64,000 bases of DNA from Clostridia bacterium (GTDB taxonomy: Bacteria; Bacillota; Clostridia; Christensenellales; CAG-138). This document shows, one piece after another, positions 27,789 through 37,639 of the stretch. Each line of letters begins with the position of its first letter. Position 1 is the stretch's first letter. The stretch is taken from NCBI GenBank assembly GCA_017428025.1, contig JAFRRO010000021.1, forward strand, positions 11,752 to 75,751, in the 5' to 3' direction. The notes below the pieces were generated by a model. The model was not told where the DNA came from, made no database searches, and saw nothing but the letters and a program-made list of their open reading frames with translations. The position numbers were made by a program, and so were the translations under genes.

Positions 27789-28254
27789 ATTCGATTTTGC
27801 ACACGTCGATCCATTCGGCGGTCGGGCAGGCGTGTTCGAGCTCTGGGATCGTGAGCCGGACCGCGGAATGGTCCGTGCCCGCGGCGGGATAGACGGTTTC
27901 GTGCAGTTTCAGGCTTTCGTCCAGATAGATCTTCACGTCGTCATTGACGCCGAACGGACAGACGCCGCCGATCGCATGTCCGATCAAGATCTCCACCTGC
28001 TCCGGCGGAATCATCTTCGCTTTCTTCTGAAAACGCGCCTTGTACTTCGCGTTGTCGATGCGCGCCATGCCCTCGGCAAGGATCAGCACCGGCTGTTCGC
28101 CCTGCAGAAACGACAGCGTCTTTGCGATCATGCCGGGTTCGCAGCCCAAGGCTTTTGCGGCTTCGGCGACCGTTGCGCTGCTGTGTTCGGGGATGATGAT
28201 ATGGGTTTCGAGCCCTCTGGTTTTGAGATACTTCGTTGCGCGTTCGAGTGACAT
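27787..28254 (-). CDS. YbaK/EbsC family aminoacyl-tRNA deacylase
   Basis: 155 aa from MSLERATKYL; ..KTLSFL.., IGGVCPFG, YPAAG motifs of the YbaK/ProX editing domain. Confidence 0.8.
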   Translation of the reverse strand: MSLERATKYLKTRGLETHIIIPEHSSATVAEAAKALGCEPGMIAKTLSFLQGEQPVLILAEGMARIDNAKYKARFQKKAKMIPPEQVEILIGHAIGGVCPFGVNDDVKIYLDESLKLHETVYPAAGTDHSAVRLTIPELEHACPTAEWIDVCKIE

Positions 28255-28378
28255 AGCCCTGCCTCCTTGTGTTCTTCCCACTCTACAACAGTTCCCGCCG
28301 TCTGTCAAGCGGACGCGGGCGATTTGCGTTTTTGCAAAAACCTGCTATAATGGTGGCATCAACGAAAGGAGAATCGCG

Positions 28379-29143
28379 ATGGACCGGACTTTTGCGGTGA
28401 CACCCCTGCCCTACGGCGCCGTGCATCTGCTGATTCTGCTCGGCATCGCCGCGATTCTCGTCGTATGCGCGCTTGCGATCCGCAAGGCCGACGAACGGCG
28501 GCTTCTGCGTCTGTTGTGCGTGCTCGGCGTCTGCATGCTGGTCGCCGAAGTCTGGAAGCAATGGTTTGTGATGCGCTTCGTCTACCGCGATACGCCTTCG
28601 ATGTGGTTCTTTCCGTGGCAGCTGTGCAGCATGGCGATGTACTGCTCGGCGATCGTTCCGTTTCTGAAAGGCAGAATGCAGGACGCCGTTCTGGTGTTTC
28701 TCTGCACGTTCTCGGTGATCGGCGCGGTCTTTGCGCTGCTGTTTCCGGAGGACATGATGCGCCCGCAGATCCTGCTGTTTGTACACAGCTTTCTCTATCA
28801 CGCAGTCATGCTGATCGAAGGGCTCCTTGCGCTTCGCATCCTGAAGGGGCGCAGAAAAGCGCCGTTTTGGCCGGTGCTTGTGCTGTATCTGTGCATGGCT
28901 GCCGTTGCGGAACTGATCAACGTCTTAAGCCATTGGATCATCCGCGACATTCATTACGAATCCAACATGTTCTACATCACGCCGTTCTATCCCTCGACGC
29001 AGCCGGTGTTTCGTCTCATCGCGCAGCGCGCGGGCATCCCGGTCGAAATCCTCGTCTATCTCGGTGTGATCGCGCTCGCGGCGTATCTTCTGTACCTTCT
29101 CGAATCGCTTCTTCATCAAAAAGAGCCTTCACGGCAGGCGTGA
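28379..29143 (+). CDS. Integral membrane protein (YwaF/TIGR02206-like, tentative)
   Basis: 254 aa from MDRTFAVTPL, about 7 TM segments, GAAAGGAG RBS. Confidence 0.6.
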   Translation: MDRTFAVTPLPYGAVHLLILLGIAAILVVCALAIRKADERRLLRLLCVLGVCMLVAEVWKQWFVMRFVYRDTPSMWFFPWQLCSMAMYCSAIVPFLKGRMQDAVLVFLCTFSVIGAVFALLFPEDMMRPQILLFVHSFLYHAVMLIEGLLALRILKGRRKAPFWPVLVLYLCMAAVAELINVLSHWIIRDIHYESNMFYITPFYPSTQPVFRLIAQRAGIPVEILVYLGVIALAAYLLYLLESLLHQKEPSRQA

Positions 29144-29152
29144 GGGTTTCCT

Positions 29153-30490
29153 TTACAGATATCCGTATTTCTTTCGCTTTGCGAGCAGGAAGATGAACGT
29201 CAGCAGAAACGCCATCGCCTCGGCGACGACCGTGGCGAACCAGATGCCGTTGACGCCGAAGAGCAGCGGCAGGATCAGGATCGTGCCCGCTTCGAACACC
29301 ATGGTGCGCAGAAACGAGATGATCGCGCTTGTCACGCCGTCGTTCAGCGCGGTGAAGAAGCCGGAGCCGAACATCGAAATGCCCATGAACAGGAACATCA
29401 GCGCAAAGATGCGGAAGCCCGAGATCGTCAGTTTCATCAGCCCTTCATCGTAGCCGACAAACAGTTTGGATAGCGGCACGGCAAGCGCCTCTGCCGCTGC
29501 CGCCATCAGCACGCTGCAGAGCAGCAGCATGGTGATGCTCTTTTTGAGCAGGTTTTTCAGTTCGCCGCGGTTCTGCGCGCCGTAATGATAGCCGATGACC
29601 GGCGCGGTACCGATCGAATAGCCGATGAACACCGCCATGAACATCATGCTCACATACATCATCACGCCGTACGCCGCGACGCCGTCCTCCCCCGCGTACT
29701 TCAAAAGCTGCCGGTTGAACAGCATGCCGACGATGCTCATCGACGCGCTGTTGACGAGTTCGGACATGCCGTTGGTGCATGCCTTCAGGATCGCGCATCC
29801 TTCAAAGCGCGTTTTGCCGAGGCGCAGGATGCTTTTGTTTTTGCCGAAAAAGTAGATCAGCGGCACGCCGCCGCCCACGACCTGGCTCAGCGCCGTCGCG
29901 ATCGCCGCGCCGGCAAGCTTATGCTCCTGCGGCAGCAGCGTGACCAGCAGAACGTCGCCGATCATGTTCGTCACACCGCCTGCGACGGTGACGATAAAGC
30001 CGAGCTGCGGCTTTTCCGCGGTGATAAAGAAGCTTTGGAACATCACCTGCAGAATAAAGAACGGCATCGCCGAAACGACGATCCGCCCGTAGAGAACACA
30101 GCAGTCGAGCAGCTCGCCCGTCGCGCCCAAAAACGCCGCGATCGGGCGCAGAAACACGATGCCGAGCACCGAAAACAGGATGCCGAGCACGAACGCGACG
30201 TACACGAACAGCGAAAACAGGCTGTTCGCGCGATCCGGATCCTGCTCGCCGAAGGTTTTGGACACAAGCGCGGTGCCGCCGGTGCCGAGCATGAAGCCGA
30301 CCGTCGACACGATCATGATGAACGGCATGATCAGGTTGACCGCCGAAAACGGCGTCTTCCCCGCGAAATTGGACACGAAATAGCCGTCCACCACGCCGTA
30401 GATCGACGTGAAGATCATCATGGCGATCGAAGGCAGCGTAAAGCGAAGCAGCCGTCCGTATGTAAAATGATCGGACAGACGGATGCTCAT
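29153..30490 (-). CDS. MATE family efflux transporter
   Basis: 445 aa with 12 TM segments. N-terminus LLRFTLPSIAMMIFTSIYGVVDGYFVSNF. Confidence 0.85.
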   Translation of the reverse strand: MSIRLSDHFTYGRLLRFTLPSIAMMIFTSIYGVVDGYFVSNFAGKTPFSAVNLIMPFIMIVSTVGFMLGTGGTALVSKTFGEQDPDRANSLFSLFVYVAFVLGILFSVLGIVFLRPIAAFLGATGELLDCCVLYGRIVVSAMPFFILQVMFQSFFITAEKPQLGFIVTVAGGVTNMIGDVLLVTLLPQEHKLAGAAIATALSQVVGGGVPLIYFFGKNKSILRLGKTRFEGCAILKACTNGMSELVNSASMSIVGMLFNRQLLKYAGEDGVAAYGVMMYVSMMFMAVFIGYSIGTAPVIGYHYGAQNRGELKNLLKKSITMLLLCSVLMAAAAEALAVPLSKLFVGYDEGLMKLTISGFRIFALMFLFMGISMFGSGFFTALNDGVTSAIISFLRTMVFEAGTILILPLLFGVNGIWFATVVAEAMAFLLTFIFLLAKRKKYGYL

Positions 30491-31107
30491 TCTTTGCTTT
30501 CAAACCACTTTTCCGCGAAGCCGGTGACGGCGTCCGCCAGTTTCTTCATGTCCCAGCCGCCGGTGTTGACGATCAGATGGTACGCTTCGCGATCGCCCCA
30601 TGCGGTGCCGGAGAGAAAGTCGCGGGTGTGGGCGCGGCCGCGGTCGATCTCCTTCATCTTGCGCAGCAGCTCGCGGTCGGTCAGATGCTCCTCCTCGCGG
30701 GCGCGCTCGCGGCAGCGCTTGAGCTTCGCGTCCTTGTCGGCGCACACGAAGATGTTGAACGGATGATAGTCCTTCAGAATCACATCGGCGTTGCGTCCGA
30801 TGATGATGCAGTCCTTGCCGAGCGCGGCGATGCTTTCGATGACCTTGCGCTGCTGCACCAGAAGCTCGATCTTGCTCGCCTGCAGGTATTCCACCGAATG
30901 GATCGTGCCGCCGAACGTGATCGAGAAATCCTGCCAGCCGTGGTTGTCGAGCGTGCTCTCGACGTAGTGCGCGTCCATGCCGCTGTTCTTTGCCACCGCG
31001 GAGATGATCTCGCTGTCATAATAATCGAACCCGAGTTTGTCGGCAATGCGCTTGCCGAGTTCTCTGCCGCCGGAGCCGAATTCACGGCTGATGGTGATGA
31101 TCTTCAT
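30487..31107 (-). CDS. Cytidylate kinase-like family protein
   Basis: MKIITISREFGSGGRELGKRIADKLGFDYYD, the hallmark N-terminus of this family. Overlaps the downstream MATE start. Confidence 0.8.
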   Translation of the reverse strand: MKIITISREFGSGGRELGKRIADKLGFDYYDSEIISAVAKNSGMDAHYVESTLDNHGWQDFSITFGGTIHSVEYLQASKIELLVQQRKVIESIAALGKDCIIIGRNADVILKDYHPFNIFVCADKDAKLKRCRERAREEEHLTDRELLRKMKEIDRGRAHTRDFLSGTAWGDREAYHLIVNTGGWDMKKLADAVTGFAEKWFESKE

Positions 31108-31140
31108 GGGTAATCCTCCTTTTCGACCGGTTGTGTATCG

Positions 31141-32217
31141 TTAAAAGCTTTTGATCCGCGCTGCGTCGAGCCTGCGGATGATCGCAAGCGCGAGCCGGAC
31201 CGTTTCTTCGTAATCGAATTCGGATGCGATGCAGGCGGGCGTATGGATGTAGCGCACCGGAACGCCGAGCACGATCGCAGGCGCGCCGGAAAGCTGCTGA
31301 ATCACCGCCGCGTCGTTGCCGCCGCCCTCGCGCACCGACGCCTGCGCCGCGATGCCTTCCTGCGCCGCAAGGTCGAGCGCAAACCGCTGATAACGCGGAT
31401 TGATGATGACCGAAACGTCCATAAACCGGAGCATCGGACCGCCTTTCAGCCGTGTCTGCACGGCGTACGGCTCGGTGAACGTATCGTCCGCGGGACAGCC
31501 CTCGAACACGATGGCGATGTCGGGACGGATGCGGTTGACCGCCGCCTTCGCGCCGCGTTCGCCGACCTCCTCCTGACTGGACAGCGAGGCGACGACGTCC
31601 ACGTTAAGGTCCTCGTCCGCAATCGTGCGCATGACCTCCGCAAGCGCCGCGCAGCCGATGCGGCAGTCGAACGCCTTGCCGAACAGCAGACCGTTCCGTT
31701 CATCTGCGGAAAACCGCGTCGCCGGAACGACCGGCTCGCCGATGCGGACGCCGAAGACGTTCTCCGCTTCCTCCTGCGACGTCGCGCCGACGTCCACGCA
31801 GAGGTCGCGAATCTCCGCGATCCCGCCGTGCGCCTTTTCCTCCGCGCTCATAAAATGCGGCGGCTTCGCCGCGATACAGCCGGGAATCCATTCCCCGTCG
31901 CGGTTGCGGATCAACACCTGCGTGCCCGGCAGCGTCGCTTTGTTCCAGCCGCCGAGCCCCACGATGCGCAGCGTGCCGTTCGGGCGGATCGAATGCACCA
32001 TGCACCCGACCTCGTCGCTGTGCGCGTCGAGCATCAGCACCGGTTTGCCGCCGGTGTTTCTGCGGCGGCGGATATAGAGGTTGCGAAGTCCGTCCTCCTC
32101 GAAGTCGCATACGTCCTGCAGCGCTTCGCGTACGATCGCGACCGTTTCGTCCTCAAATCCGCTCGGCGCTTTGGCGTTCGAAAGCGATTCGATGAGTCTG
32201 CGTTCCCGTTCCGTCAT
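31141..32217 (-). CDS. M42 family metallopeptidase (glutamyl aminopeptidase/FrvX-like)
   Basis: Start MTERERRLIESL (32217); LMLDAHSDEVG, KAFDCRIG, QEEVGERGA motifs. Confidence 0.8.
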   Translation of the reverse strand: MTERERRLIESLSNAKAPSGFEDETVAIVREALQDVCDFEEDGLRNLYIRRRRNTGGKPVLMLDAHSDEVGCMVHSIRPNGTLRIVGLGGWNKATLPGTQVLIRNRDGEWIPGCIAAKPPHFMSAEEKAHGGIAEIRDLCVDVGATSQEEAENVFGVRIGEPVVPATRFSADERNGLLFGKAFDCRIGCAALAEVMRTIADEDLNVDVVASLSSQEEVGERGAKAAVNRIRPDIAIVFEGCPADDTFTEPYAVQTRLKGGPMLRFMDVSVIINPRYQRFALDLAAQEGIAAQASVREGGGNDAAVIQQLSGAPAIVLGVPVRYIHTPACIASEFDYEETVRLALAIIRRLDAARIKSF

Positions 32218-32375
32218 AGCCGTTTTCCTCTCCGTTTCATCCGATACAGACAGTATAACACAATCCCGACAAACTGACAATCCAAAATCCGTGCAAACGG
32301 CATTCCCGGCAGGCGAAACGCACCGTTCTCTCATCAATTTGCTATATAATATCGGTAATCTGTTGACGTTTTTTC

Positions 32376-32404
32376 TTGCAATTTCCCATATCTTGCGATA
32401 TAAT
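32376..32404 (+). promoter_or_regulatory. Near-consensus SigA-type promoter
   Basis: TTGCAA (32376-32381), 17 nt, TATAAT (32399-32404), upstream of the small ORF and the lipoprotein gene. Confidence 0.65.
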
Positions 32405-32495
32405 TTTTGTTGGTACAGTTCATCTTGCGCAACCGTACCGGTACCGTGCAAAAACCGCGGAAATACCCCGGATACCGCAAATAGGGAGAATGCTC

Positions 32496-32612
32496 ATGGA
32501 ACGCAAAGAATACAACGCTGTAGAGATGGAATTCTGTCAGTTTGATGCAAAGGACATTCTCGTTGCAAGTCACCCTGAAGGGCCCGAAATTCCTGCTTCT
32601 GATGGAAACTGA
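32496..32612 (+). CDS. Candidate 38-aa small protein
   Basis: MERKEYNAVEMEFCQFDAKDILVASHPEGPEIPASDGN. AGGGAGA RBS 7 nt upstream. Lies between a strong promoter and the lipoprotein gene. No family recognised with certainty. Confidence 0.35.
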   Translation: MERKEYNAVEMEFCQFDAKDILVASHPEGPEIPASDGN

Positions 32613-32631
32613 ATGTAAAGGAACATCTTGA

Positions 32632-33447
32632 GTGATGAACAGTAAAAGGCTATTTCAAATATTCATACTTGCGTCGGCATGCATATTGCTCTGCTTCGGC
32701 TGTACGCGAGGGGCGGAGCAGACGGATGTGCCCGCGGATACGCCGCAGGCGGTGCAGACGCCCGTCGGGCAGGATGAGGATGTGGTAACGATCCTTCCGG
32801 CCGACGGTGAGAACAATGCGCCTGCGACCGTGCCGCCGGAGGTCGAAGCACCGCAGCCCACGCCGAAACCGACGGAAGCGCCGAGCAAGCAAACGCCTGC
32901 CGCGACGGCGGAGCCGACCGCAACTGCAGCTGCAACGCCGAAGGCGACCGCCAAGCCGACGTCCAAGCCCTCCGGCAAAAAGACGCCGAAGCCGACGGCG
33001 AAAACCACGCCGAAGCCCACCGCAACCGCAGCGCCGACCGCGACGCCGCCCGCATCCGATCTTCGTGCGCAGGACCTGATCGGCGTTTGGAAGCTTGATC
33101 AGATCCTGTACAACGGCAGCATCGTGGATCCGGGCGATGTCTCGATCGAGATAACGGTGGAATTCTTCGCCGACGGCAGCGTCCGGTTCGTCACCGTCAC
33201 TGACGGCAATGCCGAGGAAACGGATTACACGTACACCGTCGACGGCGATACCGTGCGCTTGCTCTCGTTGAGCGGCAAAGAAACGCTGTTGACCTATCAC
33301 GCGGATAAGGACGAGATCTCCTTCAGCATGATGGAGGACAACCGACCGCTGGAGCTGTATCTGATGCGCGACCCCGATGCGTTCGCAACTCCGACTCCCG
33401 CATCCGGCTCCCCCGACGACGACATCGAGCTGCCCGAGATTCCCTGA
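32632..33447 (+). CDS. Lipoprotein with P/T/A/K-rich linker and C-terminal lipocalin-like domain
   Basis: Lipobox ILLCFGC. Long low-complexity PTPKPT region. C-terminal GVWKLD...DGSV..TYTVDGDT pattern. GTG at 32632, ATG at 32635. Confidence 0.75.
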   Translation: MMNSKRLFQIFILASACILLCFGCTRGAEQTDVPADTPQAVQTPVGQDEDVVTILPADGENNAPATVPPEVEAPQPTPKPTEAPSKQTPAATAEPTATAAATPKATAKPTSKPSGKKTPKPTAKTTPKPTATAAPTATPPASDLRAQDLIGVWKLDQILYNGSIVDPGDVSIEITVEFFADGSVRFVTVTDGNAEETDYTYTVDGDTVRLLSLSGKETLLTYHADKDEISFSMMEDNRPLELYLMRDPDAFATPTPASGSPDDDIELPEIP

Positions 33448-33450
33448 AAT

Positions 33451-33497
33451 GACAGACAACAAGCCGGAAGGAATCCCTTCCGGCTTGTTCTTTGTCT
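33451..33497. terminator. Strong bidirectional intrinsic terminator
   Basis: Perfect 14-bp stem aacaagccggaagg / ccttccggcttgtt (loop aatc), with a flanking T-rich tail. Confidence 0.85.
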
Positions 33498-33500
33498 CGA

Positions 33501-34454
33501 TCAGCTGACTTTGATGTACCGGTGGAAGACGTAGGCGGTTTTGCCGTGATAATCGATCTTGTACCAGTTGCCGGACTTGCCGAGCACATCGAACGTTTCG
33601 CCGTTCTTCGCCTTGCCGATGATCTTGGCGTTCGACGATGCCTTGGCGCGGATGTTGACCTGCGTTTTGCAGTTCACGATCGTGCCGGTTTTGCCGCCGT
33701 CCTCGCCGTCAATGCGGATGTAGGTGTGAAATACAAATCCGTCTTTGCCGTCAAAGTCGATCTTCACCCAGTTGCCGGACTTGCCAAGCACATCGTATGT
33801 CTCGCCTTTCCTGGCGACGCCCAGAAGCTTCGATTTGCTTGACGCTTTCCCGCGCACGTTCACCTGCGTTTTGCAGTTGACGATCGTGCCTTTCTTCCCC
33901 GTCACCGGTGTGACCGGATCGGAACCCTCGACTTTGATATAGGTCTTGTAGACAAAGCCGTCCTCACCGTCGAAGTCGATCTTCACCCAGTTGCCGCTTT
34001 TGCCGAGCACCTTGAACGACTCGCCTTTTTTAGCAGTGCCCAGGAGTCTTGACCTGCTCGACGCCTTCTCGCGCACATTCACCTGCGTCTTGCAGTTGAC
34101 AATCGTGCCGGTTGTTCCGTCCGGGAACGGATCGGGCGTTTCGCTGCCGACCTTTGCGTAGTCGTGGAACACATAGCCCGCCTTTGACGCGGTGTACTGG
34201 ATCCTGTACCACTTGCCGTTCGCTTCGGTGCCGAGCAGTTTGAAGACCTGTCCGTTCTTTGCCGAGCCGATCTTCGCCGTCTTGCTGCTTGGTCCCTTGC
34301 GGATGTTGACCGCCGTCTTGCAGTTGACGATCGTCACGCTCGATTCGTTCTCGCGCGCTTCGCCGGTTTGTTCGCTTTCGGCGAACGCTGCGGCAGGCAC
34401 CAGTGCAAACAGCAGCAGCGCCGCCAGCAGCAGTCCCGTCATTCGTTTCATCAT
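33501..34454 (-). CDS. Secreted protein with four bacterial SH3 (SH3b) repeats
   Basis: Signal peptide MMKRMTGLLLAALLLFALVPAAAFA. Four repeats of GTIVNCKTQVNVR.KASS.S.LLG.AKKGE.F.VLGKSGNWVKIDFDG.DGFV. Confidence 0.85.
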   Translation of the reverse strand: MMKRMTGLLLAALLLFALVPAAAFAESEQTGEARENESSVTIVNCKTAVNIRKGPSSKTAKIGSAKNGQVFKLLGTEANGKWYRIQYTASKAGYVFHDYAKVGSETPDPFPDGTTGTIVNCKTQVNVREKASSRSRLLGTAKKGESFKVLGKSGNWVKIDFDGEDGFVYKTYIKVEGSDPVTPVTGKKGTIVNCKTQVNVRGKASSKSKLLGVARKGETYDVLGKSGNWVKIDFDGKDGFVFHTYIRIDGEDGGKTGTIVNCKTQVNIRAKASSNAKIIGKAKNGETFDVLGKSGNWYKIDYHGKTAYVFHRYIKVS

Positions 34455-34616
34455 GTTCGTATCCTCCAGATAAGAATCTTTTCATAAGATAAGACGATCG
34501 AACCGTCCAAAGGTTGCAGGTCCGATCCGATTTTACAATTTCTCCATCCACCTCCCTGTTCTGAACTTGCAAATCCTTCTCACTGCTGCATCGAGTATAC
34601 ACCCGGGATGCAACAT

Positions 34617-34649
34617 AGTTGTCACAAAGTTGTAATGGAGTTGTAAAAT
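34617..34649 (+). promoter_or_regulatory. Three helically phased direct repeats (candidate regulator binding site)
   Basis: AGTTGTcacaa AGTTGTaatgg AGTTGTaaaat, with starts at 34617, 34628 and 34639 (exact 11-bp period). In the divergent region between the SH3b and MBOAT genes. Confidence 0.4.
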
Positions 34650-34717
34650 CTTGGTATCTTTTGCGGAATTCGCACGGACCGCGCATGCGCGTTGCAAAGT
34701 TCATTTCGTTTGTGCGG

Positions 34718-34746
34718 TTGCAGGGCGGCGCGAATCGTGGTATAAT
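34718..34746 (+). promoter_or_regulatory. SigA-type promoter of the MBOAT-DHHW-RCC1 operon
   Basis: TTGCAG (34718-34723), 17 nt, TATAAT (34741-34746), 37 nt before the ATG. Confidence 0.65.
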
Positions 34747-34782
34747 AAGCATTAAACCAGAGAATTCGGTCACGAGGCGCGT

Positions 34783-36216
34783 ATGGTCTTTTCCGGAACG
34801 ACATTTCTGTTTCTGTTTCTGCCGCTGCTGTTGCTGCTGTATTTCTGCCGCAAGAGCATCGGTTGGCGCAACGCGATCCTGCTAATCTTCTCCCTGCTGT
34901 TCTACGCCTGGGGCGAGCCGATCTGGGTGTTCGGCATGATCGTCGTCACGATGCTCAACTGGCTTCTGGCGCTTGCAATCAAAAAGACGCGCGCGCCGCT
35001 GTACCGGAAGCTGCTTCTGGCGCTTGCGGTGATCGTATCGCTGTCGCTGCTCTTCTGGTTCAAGTATTCGTCGTTCCTGTTCAACACCTTCGCGGCGCTG
35101 TTCGGCTCCGCGTACCGTGCCGAAGCGAAGCATCTGCCGATCGGTATTTCCTTCTATACCTTCCAGGTGCTGACCTATACCGTCGACGTGTACCGCAAAA
35201 AGGCGAAGCCGCAGAAGAATCCGCTGCACGCGCTGCTGTATATCTCGTGCTTCCCGCAGCTGATCGCGGGACCGATCGTGCAGTATGCCGACGTGGCGGG
35301 CGAGCTTTTGGACCGGCAGACAAGGCCGACCGATTTTCTGCGCGGCATGCAGCGGTTTGCGCTCGGTCTTGCCAAAAAGATCCTGCTTGCGAATCTCTGC
35401 GGTGAAATGCTGGAGACCACCACGCTCGCGGGCGCGGGTGCCGCGGTGTCGTTCTTCGGCGCGTGGATGTCGGCGCTGCTCTATTCGATGCAGCTGTACT
35501 TCGACTTCTCCGCCTATTCCGACATGGCGATCGGGCTCGGGCGCGTGTTCGGCTTCCACTACAAGGAAAACTTCGACCACCCCTATATCTCCGGCTCGAT
35601 CACGGAGTTCTGGCGGCGCTGGCATATGTCGCTGTCGGGCTTCTTCCGCGACTACGTCTATATCCCGCTCGGCGGCAACCGCAAGGGCACGGGCCGCACG
35701 ATCCTGAACCTTGCGATCGTCTGGACGCTGACGGGGCTGTGGCACGGCGCAAGCTGGAACTTTGCGCTGTGGGGACTGTTCTATTTCGTCCTGCTGGTAC
35801 TCGAACGCTTTGTGCTCAAAAGCGCTTTGGACCGAATCCCCGCATGGCTCAGACACGTATGCACGCTGCTGCTGGTTGCGACCGGCTGGGTGATCTTCTA
35901 CTATACCGATTTTTCGGCGATGCTGACGCATCTTCTTGCGATGATCGGCGTCAGCAACGTGGGCGGCGTTCACCGCGCGCCGCTTTGGGACGCGAATCTT
36001 GTGACAGTCCTGAAGCGCTATACCGTGCTGCCGCTCATCATGATGTTCTTCTGTCTGCCCGTCAAGGACCGGCTCTCCCGCTTCTTTACGGGGACGCCGC
36101 GCCGCGAGCTGATCGGCGAGATCCTCGGCGCCGTCACGCTGACCGCGCTGTTTGTCTTTTCGCTGATCTTCCTGCTCGGACAGACATACAACCCGTTTAT
36201 CTACTTCCGCTTCTGA
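34783..36216 (+). CDS. MBOAT family O-acyltransferase (AlgI/DltB-like)
   Basis: 477 aa, polytopic. FLFLFLP N-terminus, FYTFQ.., SITEFWRRWHMSLS..FRDYVYIPLGGNR (MBOAT catalytic His region). Confidence 0.9.
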   Translation: MVFSGTTFLFLFLPLLLLLYFCRKSIGWRNAILLIFSLLFYAWGEPIWVFGMIVVTMLNWLLALAIKKTRAPLYRKLLLALAVIVSLSLLFWFKYSSFLFNTFAALFGSAYRAEAKHLPIGISFYTFQVLTYTVDVYRKKAKPQKNPLHALLYISCFPQLIAGPIVQYADVAGELLDRQTRPTDFLRGMQRFALGLAKKILLANLCGEMLETTTLAGAGAAVSFFGAWMSALLYSMQLYFDFSAYSDMAIGLGRVFGFHYKENFDHPYISGSITEFWRRWHMSLSGFFRDYVYIPLGGNRKGTGRTILNLAIVWTLTGLWHGASWNFALWGLFYFVLLVLERFVLKSALDRIPAWLRHVCTLLLVATGWVIFYYTDFSAMLTHLLAMIGVSNVGGVHRAPLWDANLVTVLKRYTVLPLIMMFFCLPVKDRLSRFFTGTPRRELIGEILGAVTLTALFVFSLIFLLGQTYNPFIYFRF

Positions 36217-36225
36217 GGTACCGCG

Positions 36226-37635
36226 ATGAAGAAAAAGGTTCCGTTCATAGCCGCATACTGGTGGTGCATGCTGCTCTTTGTGCTCGGCGTGTCCGTGCTC
36301 TTTCTGGGCAATCATGACGGCGGCGTTTCCGAATCCGAAAACCGCACCCTGCAGGCGTTCCCGCACTTTTCGTTCAAAAGCTGGTTCGACGGCACCTTCT
36401 CGGGCGAGCTCGAAGCGTATCTGTCCGATCAGATGCCGGGACGCGATCCGATCCTGAAAACCTCAAACCGCATCCTCGGCTTGTTCGACGCGACCTCCGA
36501 AAAGGACCGCATCCTCGATCAGGGCATGATTGAAGCGCTTGACGAGATGGCGAACGGACACGAGGAGGAACCGGAAGAGGAGGATTCGGTCGTTGCCGAA
36601 ATCACGGAGACCGCCGCAACGCCGGTCCCGCTGCCCGAAACCCCGACGCCCGAGGCAACGCCCGCAAGCGATCCGTTTGCCACGCCCGCCCCCACGCCGG
36701 TCGATCCCGCCGTCAAGGATACCTCGACGGTGCGCCGCTTCTCGCTGAAGCGCACGGACGGACGGCTGTCCACGCAGTTCCAGTTCGGCAAGGACGCGAT
36801 CGAAAAGACCGCCCGCTCGCTGAACGCGTATCGCGGCGCCGTGCCCGCAGACGGCACCGTCGTCTTCACCTACATCCCCTATTCGCAGGACGCGAACATC
36901 TGGCTGCTGGATACCAATAAGTACTGCGGCTGGACCAGCGACGTCGAACCGACGCTGCAGGCGAACGTCGACGAGGGCGTGTACGTCTTTTCGACCGTCA
37001 ACGAGCTCGAACCGCACATGCAGGCGGGCGAACTCTGCTATTTCAAGACTGACCATCACTGGTCGGGGCTCGGCGCGTTCTATGTGCAGCGCATGATGAT
37101 GCGCACCTTCGGCGTGCCCAACGTCGCCTATGAGGATTTCGAGTTCACCGTGCACGAGAAGTTTGCGGGATCGATCTCGCAGTCCGTGCATTCGCTTGCC
37201 GGATACAGCAATCTCTATGACCGGCTCGAAGTGCCCGCGCCGCTTGCGCCCGCGCGCGCGTTCGTGTATCGATATCTCGACGAGCTGGTTAAGGAGGTCC
37301 GCTACATGGAGCCGGAGCGCGTCGTATACGCCGCTTTCCTCGGCGGCACGCATTCCCCCTTCTATGTGGCGGAAACGGGCTTCCACACCGGTCACGGCGC
37401 GCTGGTGATCTGCGATTCGTTCGGTCTGGCGTTCGTGCCGTTCATCGCGCCGTACTATGACCGCGTGTGTCTGGTCGATCTCAGGGACACGCACAGCTTT
37501 GTCACGCAGGGCGGCGTGGGGCTGCGCAAATACATCGAGCATTACGGGATCGACGACGTGTACTTTATCGTTTCGCGCGGGTGCGGGATCAACAACTCCT
37601 ACATGCAGAAAACCGTGCTGAAATATCTGGGGTGA
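36226..37635 (+). CDS. DHHW family protein (AlgX/AlgJ-like SGNH acyl-transfer partner)
   Basis: N-terminal TM segment and the eponymous motif FKTDHHWSGLGAFY. Immediately downstream of MBOAT. Confidence 0.8.
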   Translation: MKKKVPFIAAYWWCMLLFVLGVSVLFLGNHDGGVSESENRTLQAFPHFSFKSWFDGTFSGELEAYLSDQMPGRDPILKTSNRILGLFDATSEKDRILDQGMIEALDEMANGHEEEPEEEDSVVAEITETAATPVPLPETPTPEATPASDPFATPAPTPVDPAVKDTSTVRRFSLKRTDGRLSTQFQFGKDAIEKTARSLNAYRGAVPADGTVVFTYIPYSQDANIWLLDTNKYCGWTSDVEPTLQANVDEGVYVFSTVNELEPHMQAGELCYFKTDHHWSGLGAFYVQRMMMRTFGVPNVAYEDFEFTVHEKFAGSISQSVHSLAGYSNLYDRLEVPAPLAPARAFVYRYLDELVKEVRYMEPERVVYAAFLGGTHSPFYVAETGFHTGHGALVICDSFGLAFVPFIAPYYDRVCLVDLRDTHSFVTQGGVGLRKYIEHYGIDDVYFIVSRGCGINNSYMQKTVLKYLG

Positions 37636-37639
37636 TCGT

